DNA of 48,875 nucleotides from Phycisphaerae bacterium. Its GTDB lineage: Bacteria; Planctomycetota; Phycisphaerae; UBA1845. The position numbers and the translations under genes are program-made. The notes under the pieces were generated by a model. The model saw only the letters and a program-made list of their open reading frames with translations. It had not been told where the DNA came from and made no database searches. The DNA lies in contig JAJDDR010000046.1 in the NCBI GenBank assembly GCA_029260255.1, forward strand, positions 1-48,875, written 5' to 3'. This document shows positions 8,947 to 18,354 of the stretch, piece by piece. Within the stretch, counting starts at the first letter, position 1. The number at the start of each line of letters is the position of its first letter.

Positions 8947-9726
8947 CTAGGCGGCGGCTTTGTCTTCCTCACCGGGTCCGCGCAGGCGGTGGGGAAGGAA
9001 CGTCTTGAGTTTCTGCTCCACGATTCGCGGGTTGTCCCCCGCTTGAATCGCCATGATCCCGCGGATGACGATCGACTTGAGCAGGAGTTCCTCCTGGCTC
9101 CGCACGCCCAGCTTGTCGGCCAGCGGCAGGGCGAACATGTTCGCGATCATCGAGCCGTACAGCGTGGTCAGCAGCGCGACCGCCATCGCCGGACCGATGC
9201 TCGACGGATCGTCCATGCCGCCCAACATGATGACCAGACCGACGAGGGTTCCGATCATGCCGAACGCCGGAGCGTACTTGCCGAGCGACTCGAGCAAACC
9301 CTTGCCGTCCGCGTGCCGGTCGGAAAGCGAATCGAGTTCACTGATCAGCATCTGCTCGACCAGCGTCGGGTCCGTACCGTCGACGGCCATCTGAATGCCA
9401 CCGACGATGAACGGGTCGCTGATTTCCGCGACGACGTTCTCCAACGCCAGGATGCCGTCGCGACGCGCCACCTCGGCATATCGGACCAAATCCGTAATCA
9501 GGGTGTTGGGATCCTGCGGCTTGGTGAAGACCGTTTTTTTGAGCACCGAAGCGAGCCCGAGAACGTTCTTGAGCGGATAGCACATCAAGACCGCGGCCAC
9601 CGAACCGCCGCCCACGATGGCGAAGGACGCCCCGTCGACGAAGGTCAAGAGGTTGGCCTTGGACATGATCGCCCAAAGGACCAGGGAGACCCCGGTAACC
9701 AGACCTATTAGGGTTGCGATATCCAT
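8947..9726 (-). CDS. motA: Flagellar stator protein MotA
   Basis: 259-aa four-TM MotA/ExbB-type protein (MDIATLIGLVTGVSLVLWAIM...; PAFGMIGTLVGLVIMLG; ALLTTLYGSMIANMFALPLADKL). Lies directly upstream of motB. Confidence 0.92.
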   Translation of the reverse strand: MDIATLIGLVTGVSLVLWAIMSKANLLTFVDGASFAIVGGGSVAAVLMCYPLKNVLGLASVLKKTVFTKPQDPNTLITDLVRYAEVARRDGILALENVVAEISDPFIVGGIQMAVDGTDPTLVEQMLISELDSLSDRHADGKGLLESLGKYAPAFGMIGTLVGLVIMLGGMDDPSSIGPAMAVALLTTLYGSMIANMFALPLADKLGVRSQEELLLKSIVIRGIMAIQAGDNPRIVEQKLKTFLPHRLRGPGEEDKAAA

Positions 9727-9846
9727 ACGCTTACCTCACTGAACGCGCGAACGACTCATCGCCTCCAGTAACCTGTGATATCGTCGTCCAGCGTCCGCGC
9801 CTTCACGGATGCGTGGAATCCACCGGTTGAAAACCGGTGCCACGGG

Positions 9847-10041
9847 CTAGACGACCTGGAAGTTCCGGACCCGTCGCGCGTAGTCGATCGCCTTCTCCAC
9901 CACGTCCTCGACCGACTCCAGCACCATCAGGTGATCACCGTTGATCAGCGTGATGAGCGTGTCGGGCGTGGATTCGATCATCTTGATCAGGTCGGCGTTG
10001 ATCACGACGCTCTTGCTATTCAAACGTGTCAGAAAGACCAT
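9847..10041 (-). CDS. flbD: Flagellar protein FlbD
   Basis: 64 aa, MVFLTRLNSKSVVINADLIKMIESTPDTLITLINGDHLMVLESVEDVVEKAIDY, a typical FlbD sequence. Sits between flgE and motA as in Firmicutes and spirochaetes. Confidence 0.85.
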   Translation of the reverse strand: MVFLTRLNSKSVVINADLIKMIESTPDTLITLINGDHLMVLESVEDVVEKAIDYARRVRNFQVV

Positions 10042-10081
10042 ACACGCACCCGCTTCACGCTGACCCCGCCGATCGGGGCGA

Positions 10082-11776
10082 TTATCTGACGAGTAGCATC
10101 AACTCCTGCAACATATCATCCGCCGTCCGGACCGTCCGACTGGCGGCTGAGAACCCCGTCGAAGCCGTGATAAGACCGATAAGCTCGCGCGACAGATCGA
10201 CGTTGCCGAGTTCCAACTGCCGCGCGTTGACCCTCCCGGCCGACCCCACAAGCGGGGCACCGATCACCGCCGCCCCCGAATTCGCACCGACGGCGAAGGT
10301 GTTCTGACTCTGTGCGATGAGCCCCTGGTTGTTCGAGAACGTGGCCAGCGCAACCTGCCCGAACACCTGCTTCTGCCCGTTGTCGAACGTTCCGCTGATG
10401 ACCCCTTTCTGATCGACTTCAAACGCCGTGAGGGTGCCGGCCGGGAATCCGTCCTGCGACGCCATTTGAAGTTCCGACTCCCCGTCGGACGCGGTCAGGC
10501 TCGTCAGTCCGGAAAAATCGACACTGAACGCCAACGGCGTCACCGCGCCGGTCGCCGACCGGGCGATCGAAAGGTCCGATCCGTCGGCGGACACGAACCG
10601 CCCATCCTGGTCGAAGCTGATCGTGCCGTTGCCGATGAACGCGCCCGGATTGGTGTCGCCGGCCGACTCCGCGGTAAACCGCCAGACGCTTCCCGCGTCG
10701 GTTTCCGATTCGCGAACCAACCGCAAACGCACTTCCACGGGCGTCCCCAGCGAATCGAACGTCAGAAACGTCGTGGTCAACCCCTCGCCCGTCGCGGGCG
10801 TCGTGCTGAACGCGAAGGGCGCCGCCCCGTTGGTGCTGTTGCGAACGGACGTGGCGCCGAGGTTCAGCGCGTTGATGTCGCCGGCGTTCGAACGGATGAC
10901 AAGCGCTCCGACAGGGGCGCTCACTCCATCACCAATGGTCACGCCGGGCGATCCGACGGCCGTGTCGCTCGCGTCGATGCCGAGCGCCGTCTCCAGAAAC
11001 GACGCAAGCTCGCCGAGGGTCGAGCCGTCGGTGCCGACCACGAACGACGCCCCGGGCAGATCGATATCTCCCTTGCGAACGTGCGAGAGCTCAATGACGT
11101 CCGCGTCCGCGAACTGAGACGTCCCGCCGGCATCGACAAGGGTGGCGAGCGATGTCGACGCGACGGCGGGAGAACCGTCCGCGAGCGTCAACGGCGCGGA
11201 TACCGACACCGAGCCGGAAGTCGCAACGTCGCTGCCGGCATTGAGGTTGCCGACCATCACCGCATTCGTGGTCGCGCCGGCGTCGGACGTTACGCCCAGC
11301 GGAATCTCGATGTCTCCGAGGTTCCCCGTATCAATCGTGCCGTCGTCGGACGCGGCGAAACCCTGCACGTACGATCCGTCGGGCGCCGTGAGGAGGTTCT
11401 CCGTATTGAGGTTGAAACCGCCAGCGCGCGTGTACACCTGCGTCTGAGCCGGGTTCTGCAGCACGAAGAAGCCGGCGCCGTCGATGGCCATGTCGGTCAC
11501 CACCCCGGTCTGCTCGGTCGTTCCCTGCGTGAAGTTTTTCTGAAGGGTCGCCACGCCGCTGCCGTACCCGATCTGCGACGGATTGGTTCCGCCCTGGTTC
11601 TCATCCGGCGCGGTTCCCCCTTCAAGCGTCTGCACGAACAGCGTCTCGAAGAGCGTTCGTGAGGACTTGAACCCCGTCGTGTTGAGATTGGCGACGTTGT
11701 TACCGATGGTGTTCACCGCAACCTGGTTGCTCTTGATTCCAGTAAAGCCCGTCAATATCGCGTTGGTCAGCGACAT
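10082..11776 (-). CDS. flgE: Flagellar hook protein FlgE
   Basis: The track ORF extends to 12016, but the conserved rod/hook N-terminus starts at the internal ATG 11776 (MSLTNAILTGFTGIKSNQVAVNTIGNNVANLNTTGFKSSR), which is preceded by GGGAGG. The C-terminus is SNVDLSRELIGLITASTGFSAASRTVRTADDMLQELMLL. Length 565 aa. Confidence 0.93.
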   Translation of the reverse strand: MSLTNAILTGFTGIKSNQVAVNTIGNNVANLNTTGFKSSRTLFETLFVQTLEGGTAPDENQGGTNPSQIGYGSGVATLQKNFTQGTTEQTGVVTDMAIDGAGFFVLQNPAQTQVYTRAGGFNLNTENLLTAPDGSYVQGFAASDDGTIDTGNLGDIEIPLGVTSDAGATTNAVMVGNLNAGSDVATSGSVSVSAPLTLADGSPAVASTSLATLVDAGGTSQFADADVIELSHVRKGDIDLPGASFVVGTDGSTLGELASFLETALGIDASDTAVGSPGVTIGDGVSAPVGALVIRSNAGDINALNLGATSVRNSTNGAAPFAFSTTPATGEGLTTTFLTFDSLGTPVEVRLRLVRESETDAGSVWRFTAESAGDTNPGAFIGNGTISFDQDGRFVSADGSDLSIARSATGAVTPLAFSVDFSGLTSLTASDGESELQMASQDGFPAGTLTAFEVDQKGVISGTFDNGQKQVFGQVALATFSNNQGLIAQSQNTFAVGANSGAAVIGAPLVGSAGRVNARQLELGNVDLSRELIGLITASTGFSAASRTVRTADDMLQELMLLVR

Positions 11777-11842
11777 GTCATCCGGCCTCCCGCAATGCCG
11801 GCTGCGGCCGCTCGCGTTCGCGGGCTGTATCCCAAGACGGGC

Positions 11843-11858
11843 AGCAATTCGGGTGCCA
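11843..11858 (-). promoter_or_regulatory. Candidate sigma-54 (-24/-12) promoter for flgE
   Basis: The minus strand reads TGGCACCCGAATTGCT, against consensus TGGCACG-N4-TTGCW. GG and GC have the exact spacing. The predicted TSS is ~55 nt upstream of the flgE ATG. A sigma-54 activator gene is in the same cluster. Confidence 0.55.
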
Positions 11859-11880
11859 TGGCCACGCTTGCGTGGCCATG
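11857..11880. repeat. 24-nt GC-rich palindrome CATGGCCACGCTTGCGTGGCCATG (11-bp stem)
   Basis: Perfect dyad read directly from the sequence. It abuts the -24 element of the flgE promoter candidate and overlaps it by 2 nt. Confidence 0.85.
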
Positions 11881-11899
11881 CGCCCTGAAGCTGTCGAAC

Positions 11900-11923
11900 C
11901 ATGCCCACGCAAGCGTGGGCATG
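11900..11923. repeat. 24-nt GC-rich palindrome CATGCCCACGCAAGCGTGGGCATG (second copy, inverted, with a compensatory stem change)
   Basis: Its reverse complement differs from the 11857-11880 copy only at stem position 5 and its pairing partner at position 20. Centre-to-centre distance between the two copies is 43 bp. Confidence 0.85.
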
Positions 11924-12045
11924 CCACCCAGAATGGGACGCACTCGTGTTCGCGCGGACCGTGCCGGTTCGTAACCTCCATGTCAGCGCCCTCCTGGCAT
12001 CAAAGCACCGAGTCACTCCGAACTCGGGTTACACACAGCATTTCG

Positions 12046-12648
12046 TCACACGGCGGCGAGCAGGTCGCTCGTGTTCAGTTCCTCGCCGGTGTCGAGTTCC
12101 AGCACCGTGCGACCGCCGTCCTCACGACGGAAGCCGGTCACGATGCCCTCGATTACGGCGGAAGGATCGTCTTCGGTCGGGCTGCGCCCGCGGACAAGTC
12201 GCCCGAGCAGCGACTCCGGTGTCGCGTTCGGGTCGGTCACGGACCGCAGCCGATCGATGGGCAGCGTCTCTCCGCCGTCGAGATGCAGCGTCGCCTTCCC
12301 CGCGTCGTCGAATTCGACGCGTGTTACTCTGCCGGAAACGGCCAAGAGCCCCGTCGATGTATTGCCCGACACGCCGCTCACTTCCTTGCCGATCAACGAC
12401 GCCGCGGCCGTGTATCCCTGATGCCCCGTAAGCGTTTGCAGCGTCTCGGTCAGCGTCGTCGAGAGTTGAATCTCCCTAATCGAGGACAACTGCTCCAACA
12501 GGGCTTGGTTATCCGTCGGTTCGAGCGGGTCTTGATTCGTCAACTGCGTAATCATCAACTCGAGGAAGTCGCTTGCGCCCAGGTTGCCCATCGCGCCGGA
12601 CGACGCGCTGCCGGCCGCTGAGCCGGGTGCCACTGCTTGAAGTTCCAT
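12046..12648 (-). CDS. flgD: Flagellar hook capping/assembly protein FlgD
   Basis: The internal ATG at 12648 gives 200 aa: MELQAVAPGS...LGASDFLELMITQLTNQDPLEPTDNQALLEQLSSIREIQ, the canonical FlgD N-terminal block. The upstream part of the track ORF is Arg-rich junk. Confidence 0.9.
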   Translation of the reverse strand: MELQAVAPGSAAGSASSGAMGNLGASDFLELMITQLTNQDPLEPTDNQALLEQLSSIREIQLSTTLTETLQTLTGHQGYTAAASLIGKEVSGVSGNTSTGLLAVSGRVTRVEFDDAGKATLHLDGGETLPIDRLRSVTDPNATPESLLGRLVRGRSPTEDDPSAVIEGIVTGFRREDGGRTVLELDTGEELNTSDLLAAV

Positions 12649-12685
12649 GTCGTGTTTCCTTTCTCCCGCGCTTGCGGCGTCCGGA

Positions 12686-13954
12686 TCAGATCCGGATGTC
12701 CAAGCGCAACTCGTCCACAGCCTGCAACGCGCCGAGGTCACCCGGCGGCACGTCGCCGAGATCGTCGGCGTCAACCGTGCCCAGCGAAGCCACGCCGTCC
12801 GGCGTGAGTTCATGATCGCGCCCCCGCCGGCGTTGGTCCGCGCGCGATGGAGATGCCCGTCGCCCGCCGTCATCACCCCACGCGGCGTTCTCCTGCCCGT
12901 TGGTCGCGGGACCGTGAATCTCCAGACGCCGGATTTTCACGTCCTGCTGCTCCAGCGCAGAGCGAAGCTCATCGACCTGCGACGCAAGGACGCCGCGAGC
13001 CCGGTCCGTCTCAGCCGCCACACGAACCTGCAACACATCGTTCTTCAAGTGCATCCTAACGCGAACGTGCCCCAACTCCGGAGGGGTGAGTTCGATGCGT
13101 GCGACCGTCTCCTTGCCGCGAGCCCCCGCCTGAATCACCTTCACGATGCGGTCGATGGTCGTTTTCTGTTCGGGCGCCTTCGTGCCCCGCGATGACGCGC
13201 TCGCTCGGCGGGCGCGCTGATCGTCCGCGGGCTTCTCGGACGTCTTCGCTCGCACCTGCATGCCGGTATCGTTGGCCGGCTGCACGCCCGCTCGACCGGT
13301 CGCGCCGGAAGCGCGTGACACCGCAGCCACCGTCGCGGGTGATTGAGGTGTCACCGGCGTGGCACGTAGCGGGAACACCGCCTTCGTCGGCGGCGCAACC
13401 GTCGCATGAAGTTTTGGATGCGATACCTCGGACGCCGAGCGACCGGCGCGCGTTCCCACCGTATCCACGGGCGACGACCGTTCGTGCGGGACCGCCGGCT
13501 GCGGCGGCTGACGAATCGCATCCGAGCTCGCGCGATCGGTTGCCGGACGCGGCGTTCCTCCCTCCGAACGCGCGCCCTGTTGCGACCGGTGCTCCGCGGT
13601 TCGTGCAATCGCCGTATCCTGCGCCGGCTTCGCACGCGCAGACGTGGCATCGTCCGGCGGCTGCGACCCTGCGATACGCGACCCCGTCGGCCTGCGCGCG
13701 GCGCGGTCGCCGGCGCGAAGTTCCGACAGGCGGTCGGCGCGCGCGTCCGGCGACACGCGCGCACCGGCGCCCACCGGATCGGTTTGCAGATTCCCGAGGC
13801 GATCGAAGCTGAATTCACCGGCCGATTGCAGGACGCGCATCACCGCATCGAAGCCCGCCGGCGGCGGCGTGTTCGCGGCGTCCCGGTCCTGACTGCGTCG
13901 CGCGGTATCGTCGCGCGGCGTGGCGGGCACAGGTTGTACTGCTGCAATCGACAT
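12686..13954 (-). CDS. fliK: Flagellar hook-length control protein FliK-like
   Basis: 422 aa. The N-terminal two thirds are P/A/R-rich and low-complexity. The C-terminal Flg_hook-type block is ARIELTPPELGHVRVRMHLKNDVLQVRVAAETDRARGVLASQVDELRSALEQQDVKIRRLEI. Positioned before flgD. Confidence 0.78.
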   Translation of the reverse strand: MSIAAVQPVPATPRDDTARRSQDRDAANTPPPAGFDAVMRVLQSAGEFSFDRLGNLQTDPVGAGARVSPDARADRLSELRAGDRAARRPTGSRIAGSQPPDDATSARAKPAQDTAIARTAEHRSQQGARSEGGTPRPATDRASSDAIRQPPQPAVPHERSSPVDTVGTRAGRSASEVSHPKLHATVAPPTKAVFPLRATPVTPQSPATVAAVSRASGATGRAGVQPANDTGMQVRAKTSEKPADDQRARRASASSRGTKAPEQKTTIDRIVKVIQAGARGKETVARIELTPPELGHVRVRMHLKNDVLQVRVAAETDRARGVLASQVDELRSALEQQDVKIRRLEIHGPATNGQENAAWGDDGGRRASPSRADQRRRGRDHELTPDGVASLGTVDADDLGDVPPGDLGALQAVDELRLDIRI

Positions 13955-13965
13955 TGACGAATCCG

Positions 13966-14634
13966 TTACGTTCCCTTTCTCGGGTCAGCCTTGGTGTCGG
14001 ACTTCACGTCCACCAGGAGTTTCATGACATTCGTCATCTTCACCTGTTGGTTCTCGCTCTTTGCGGCTTCGACGATCTTCTTGACCTTTCTGGTGTTGAG
14101 ATCGAAGAGGATGCGCGCCGCGTCAACGTCGCTCATGGCCATGATCTGCTTCAACGCTACCTTGGGCGAGAGCTGCGAGATGAGCTCGACCTGCTTGGCA
14201 TACCCGGCGACCGACTCGCGCTTCGTTCGCGCTTCCCGCTCGGTTTTGTCGCGCTCGACAAGCTTCTCGAACTCCTCGCGTCGGCGATCGACATCGAGCC
14301 GCGCGGCGTTGATCAGTTTGAGACGCTGCTCGATCTGCGTTCGATAGCGCTCCGCGTTGCGCCAGGCGACCTCATCCTTGACCCGCTGGTCGTCGGGCGA
14401 AACGCCCGCCCGCGCCGCCCTTTCGGCAGCGCCGGACTCGGAGTCGGACGTCGCGTCCGCAGTAGCTTCACCGCCGGAATCACCCTCGCCCTTCAAAACC
14501 GCCAGGGCGGCACGAGCGCGCTCGGCATCGAGCTTGCCAGTGGCTACGAGGTATCCTACGCCGCCGCCGATCGCCAGCAGATGCACGAGCGCCAACGCCG
14601 CGACCAAGTTGTACGTCTTGCGAATCGCGCCCAT
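13966..14634 (-). CDS. Flagellar operon protein with MgtE_N-like domain (YlxF/FlbB/MotE-like)
   Basis: 222 aa with an N-terminal TM, a coiled-coil, and a C-terminal block LISQLSPKVALKQIMAMSDVDAARILFDLNTRKVKKIVE that resembles the MgtE intracellular N domain. Occupies the ylxF slot between fliJ and fliK. Confidence 0.6.
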   Translation of the reverse strand: MGAIRKTYNLVAALALVHLLAIGGGVGYLVATGKLDAERARAALAVLKGEGDSGGEATADATSDSESGAAERAARAGVSPDDQRVKDEVAWRNAERYRTQIEQRLKLINAARLDVDRRREEFEKLVERDKTEREARTKRESVAGYAKQVELISQLSPKVALKQIMAMSDVDAARILFDLNTRKVKKIVEAAKSENQQVKMTNVMKLLVDVKSDTKADPRKGT

Positions 14635-14643
14635 GACTCCGAA

Positions 14644-15123
14644 TCAGCCTCCCACCAATGCCGGTCGCCCCGAGTTGCCCCTGCGTTCGCAGAGGTTCGA
14701 TGCAATCTCGTCCTCTTCAAAACGCTCGCGCCGCCGGCGCGCGGCGTGGTACTCGGCGAGGCGCCTCTCACGCAGCTTCTCGATCGCCTTCCGCTCCGTC
14801 GCGCGCCGGGCGAGTCCCATGCGTTCGTCTCGCAGCAGCGACGCCAGCCCGTCGATCTCGGCACACTGCTCGCCGATGCGCCGTTTCAAATGGGCGCGCC
14901 ACCGTTGCCCCTGCAGGACCGACGCGACATCGATCGCCGGGCGATCGCAGTCACGTCGAGCTTGCGCCATCGCATCGTCAACGCGGCGATGCAGTTCCGA
15001 CAGCGCTCCCCGACTCCGCTGGATTTCCCTCACGCGCCGGGCAACAACGCGACGCTGCTCCTCCTCACGCCGTTTCCGTAAGTCCAAGAGCGCCGCCAGC
15101 CGGAATTTGAACCGTTTCGCCAT
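14644..15123 (-). CDS. fliJ: Flagellar export chaperone/stalk protein FliJ
   Basis: 159-aa Arg/Glu-rich coiled-coil protein starting MAKRFKFRLAALLDLRKRREEEQRR. Located immediately downstream of fliI. Confidence 0.72.
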   Translation of the reverse strand: MAKRFKFRLAALLDLRKRREEEQRRVVARRVREIQRSRGALSELHRRVDDAMAQARRDCDRPAIDVASVLQGQRWRAHLKRRIGEQCAEIDGLASLLRDERMGLARRATERKAIEKLRERRLAEYHAARRRRERFEEDEIASNLCERRGNSGRPALVGG

Positions 15124-15132
15124 GATCGATAC

Positions 15133-16497
15133 CTACGCCGCCGCCGGCTCCGCCGCTGACCCTTTGAGCCGCGCCTCGGCCGATACGATTTCGTCGCAGA
15201 CCGCTAGGAGCATGTCGCGCGTCCGCTCCGGATCAGCCCCCTCGTCCCCCAACTGCCGAAGGAAGTCGTCGATACGCGGCTTCATTTCGACGGCCAGGTC
15301 AAAGTGTGGCGTCGTCCCCTTGGCGTACGCCCCGATGTTCACCAGATCCTTGATATCCTCCCACACGGCCAGCACACGCCGGACGGTCCGCGCCGATTCC
15401 CGATGCCGCTCGTCCACCACGTCGACCATGACGCGGCTGATGCTGTCGAGAACCGAGACGGCCGGGTAGTGCCCCGCGTTGGCCAGATCGCGACTCAGCC
15501 AGACATGCCCATCCAGAATGCCGCGCACCGCGTCCGACACCGGTTCATTGATGTCATCCCCCTCAACCAGCACGGTGTAGATTCCGGTGATGCTGCCGCG
15601 CTCGGTGCGCCCCGCGCGCTCCAGAAGCCTCGGAAGCGTGGAAAAAACGCTGGGTGTGTAGCCCTTCGTCGCCGGCGGCTCACCGACCGCGAGGCCGATC
15701 TGCCGCAGCGCCATCGCCGTCCGCGTGACCGAGTCCATTAAGAGCAAAACGTCCTTGCCACGATCTCGGAAATACTCCGCGATGGCCGTGGCGACGAAAC
15801 ACGCGCGCACCCGCAACACGGGCGACTCGTCCGACGTGCTGACGACCATCACACTCTTGCGCAACCCCTCTTCGCCCAAGTCCTTGCGAATGAAGTCGCC
15901 CACCTCGCGACCCCGCTCACCAACCAGCGCGATCACCGTAACGTCGGCGTCCGTGTTGCGCGCGATCATCCCCATCAGGACACTCTTGCCCACGCCGGTT
16001 CCCGCGAAGAGCCCCATCCGCTGACCACGCCCCAGCGTGTGCATCGCGTCGATCGACCGAATTCCGGTGGACAGCGGCTCGTCGACCGGTGTTCGCGCTA
16101 AAGCGTGTGGCGGTTCACCGTAGATCGAGCAGCTTCGCTGGACCGGTATCGGTCCCTTTCCGTCGACCGGCTTTCCGAGTCCGTCGAGCACGCGCCCGAG
16201 CAGCATGTCGGAGACCCCCAGCAATTCGATCGACGGCGCGCTGACCACGGAATCACCGGCCGCCGTCCCCAGCGGGTCGCTCATCGGCATGAGCATCGTT
16301 CGACCGTCACGGAACCCGACGACCTGGGCGTGGACCGGCTCGCGCCGCTGCGGAGTGATCGTGCACGCCGCGCCGATCGGCAGCGGAAGCCCCTCGGCGA
16401 CGATAATCAGGCCCGCAACCTCGACGACGCGGCCCGTGACTCGAAGGAGCCGCGCGTCTTCGAGCAGGTCGTGCTGGTCTCCGAACAACGAACTCAT
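15133..16497 (-). CDS. fliI: Flagellum-specific ATPase FliI
   Basis: 454 aa. Walker A is GLFAGTGVGKSVL and Walker B is VLLLMDSVTR. F1/T3SS-ATPase blocks run throughout. The start overlaps the fliH stop (ATGA). Confidence 0.97.
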   Translation of the reverse strand: MSSLFGDQHDLLEDARLLRVTGRVVEVAGLIIVAEGLPLPIGAACTITPQRREPVHAQVVGFRDGRTMLMPMSDPLGTAAGDSVVSAPSIELLGVSDMLLGRVLDGLGKPVDGKGPIPVQRSCSIYGEPPHALARTPVDEPLSTGIRSIDAMHTLGRGQRMGLFAGTGVGKSVLMGMIARNTDADVTVIALVGERGREVGDFIRKDLGEEGLRKSVMVVSTSDESPVLRVRACFVATAIAEYFRDRGKDVLLLMDSVTRTAMALRQIGLAVGEPPATKGYTPSVFSTLPRLLERAGRTERGSITGIYTVLVEGDDINEPVSDAVRGILDGHVWLSRDLANAGHYPAVSVLDSISRVMVDVVDERHRESARTVRRVLAVWEDIKDLVNIGAYAKGTTPHFDLAVEMKPRIDDFLRQLGDEGADPERTRDMLLAVCDEIVSAEARLKGSAAEPAAA

Positions 16498-17234
16498 GAA
16501 CCGTCACCTCCGTCCGAGGTGCCGTTCTCTTCTCCCCGGTCACCGAGCATGAGATCCGCCACTTGATTGAATTGACCGTCCAGGGTCGCGTCCACGTGTG
16601 CGCACGACGACCGGAGCACGCAGCCGCCGGGCTCGATGGACTCGTCCTCCACGATCGTGGTGTGTCGCTTGCAGGCGAAGCCCTCCGCCAGCCCCGCGGC
16701 GTAGCGCCGCATCGCATCCGCGTCGATCGGGTTGACGCGAATCACAATGTCCGTCGACGCGTCAATATGCCCGAGCGCCTCCTCGGCATTCGCGACGACG
16801 ACGCTCCGGTCGACCGCACCGGCGCGCTTGATGACCCGCTCGGCGATCGCCACCGCGAGTTCCAGCGCGTCGCGCTTCGCCCGCTCGAGCAGGTCGTCCT
16901 TGTTCGTGTCGAACGTGGCCGCCATGTCCTCCAGCGCCGAGAGCAACGACCGCTGTTCGGAGAGAAACCCCTCGCGCGAGGAGTCATACGCCCTGTCATG
17001 CCCGTCGCGTTCGCCGGTCGCCTCGCCCTTGGCAAAGCCGTCACGGTAGCCGTGCTCGACCGCCTCCCGCCTGCGGCGCGCGACCTCATCCTTCGCCGCC
17101 TGGACCACGCGGGCCGCCTCGACGCGCGCTTCGTGGACGATGCGCTGTGCCTCGGCAACGTGGTCTTTCAGCGCGAGCGTACCCAGACCTCTCATGGTCC
17201 GACCGCTACCGTCCGCCTTGATGACCATTCCCAC
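16494..17234 (-). CDS. fliH: Flagellar assembly protein FliH
   Basis: 246 aa, charged and coiled-coil in the N-terminal half, with a FliH/V-ATPase-E-like C-terminal part. Lies between fliG and fliI and is translationally coupled to fliI. Confidence 0.75.
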   Translation of the reverse strand: MGMVIKADGSGRTMRGLGTLALKDHVAEAQRIVHEARVEAARVVQAAKDEVARRRREAVEHGYRDGFAKGEATGERDGHDRAYDSSREGFLSEQRSLLSALEDMAATFDTNKDDLLERAKRDALELAVAIAERVIKRAGAVDRSVVVANAEEALGHIDASTDIVIRVNPIDADAMRRYAAGLAEGFACKRHTTIVEDESIEPGGCVLRSSCAHVDATLDGQFNQVADLMLGDRGEENGTSDGGDGS

Positions 17235-17259
17235 GCGGAGCCTCCCGTCCAGGATCGCC

Positions 17260-18297
17260 TTAGACGATCATCTCCTTCTCGCCGCCCCGACCGCTGATGA
17301 TGATCTCCCCGGCGTCCTCCAGGCGTCGAACCACGTCCACGATCTTCTGTTGCGCACCCTCGACGTCGGCAACGCGGACCGGGCCCATGTACTCCATATC
17401 TTCCTTGATCAACTGTGCCGCACGCTCGGACATGTTCTTGAAGATCTTGTCGCGAAGCTCCGGCGTGGCAGTCTTCAGAGCCAGCGACAGCTCGTCGTTT
17501 TCGACTTCCTTCAGCACCGACTGGATGCCCTTGTCGTTCACCAGCATGATGTCCTCGAAGATGAACATCAGACGGCGAATCTGCTCGACAAGGTCCGGGT
17601 CCTCGTCCTCGAGACCTTCCAGGATGCTCTTCTCCGTCGACCGGTCTGCGAGGTTGAGCATCTCGGCCACCGATTCGACACCGCCCACCGTTCGGAGGCT
17701 CTGCGACATGATGCCCGAGAGCCTGAGTTCCAGACCTTGCTCGACCTCCCTGATTACGTCGGGGTTGGTCTGATCCATGTTGGCGATGCGGCTGACGACC
17801 TCCAACTGCTTCGCCTGCGGCAAACCGGCCAGGATCGCGCTCCCTTTGTTCGGCTGCAGATGCGCCAGGATCAGGGCAATGGTCTGCGGATGCTCGTCCT
17901 GGATGAAGGTCAGCAGATTGTCGCCGTCGGTGCGGTGCAGGAAGGCGAAGGGCTGTTTGTAGACTTCCCCCTCGATAATCTGGAGGATGCGCGTGGCCTC
18001 GTCCGCGTTGAGGGCCTTCTGCAAGATCATCCGCGCGTACCCGACGCCGCCGTGCTCCATATGGTGGGCGGCCATCGCCAGGCTGTAGAATTCTTCGATG
18101 ATCCGGCTGGTGGTGTCCGGATCGATGGTCTCCAGGCTGGCGATCTCACGGGTCAGGTGCTCGACCAGTTCCGATTCGAGGTGGCCCATGATCTTCGCCG
18201 AGGCTTCGGCTCCGATCGTCACCAGGAGCATGGCCGCCTTTCTCAATCCGGAGAGTCCCGAACCGGCTGAGGCAGTCGGTGTCCGTCCCTGTTCCAA
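17260..18297 (-). CDS. fliG: Flagellar motor switch protein FliG
   Basis: 345 aa with conserved FliG blocks (GLRKAAMLLVTIGAEASAKIM; EDPDLVEQIRRLMFIFEDI; ALKTATPELRDKIFKNMSERAAQLIKEDME). Confidence 0.96.
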   Translation of the reverse strand: MEQGRTPTASAGSGLSGLRKAAMLLVTIGAEASAKIMGHLESELVEHLTREIASLETIDPDTTSRIIEEFYSLAMAAHHMEHGGVGYARMILQKALNADEATRILQIIEGEVYKQPFAFLHRTDGDNLLTFIQDEHPQTIALILAHLQPNKGSAILAGLPQAKQLEVVSRIANMDQTNPDVIREVEQGLELRLSGIMSQSLRTVGGVESVAEMLNLADRSTEKSILEGLEDEDPDLVEQIRRLMFIFEDIMLVNDKGIQSVLKEVENDELSLALKTATPELRDKIFKNMSERAAQLIKEDMEYMGPVRVADVEGAQQKIVDVVRRLEDAGEIIISGRGGEKEMIV

Positions 18298-18354
18298 CGT
18301 GGTCGCCTCCGTGCGTCGCGGTCATCGCCGTCTGACGCGTTGCCATTCCAATCG

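Noticed and set aside
9821-9839. TGGCACCGGTTTTCAA on the minus strand after flbD, considered as a sigma-54 promoter for motA.
   Set aside because: The -24 TGGCAC is perfect but there is no GC at -12. The sequence is instead a perfect 8-bp hairpin, CACCGGTT-gaa-AACCGGTG, in the flbD-motA spacer with no U-tract. It is noted only as an intercistronic hairpin.
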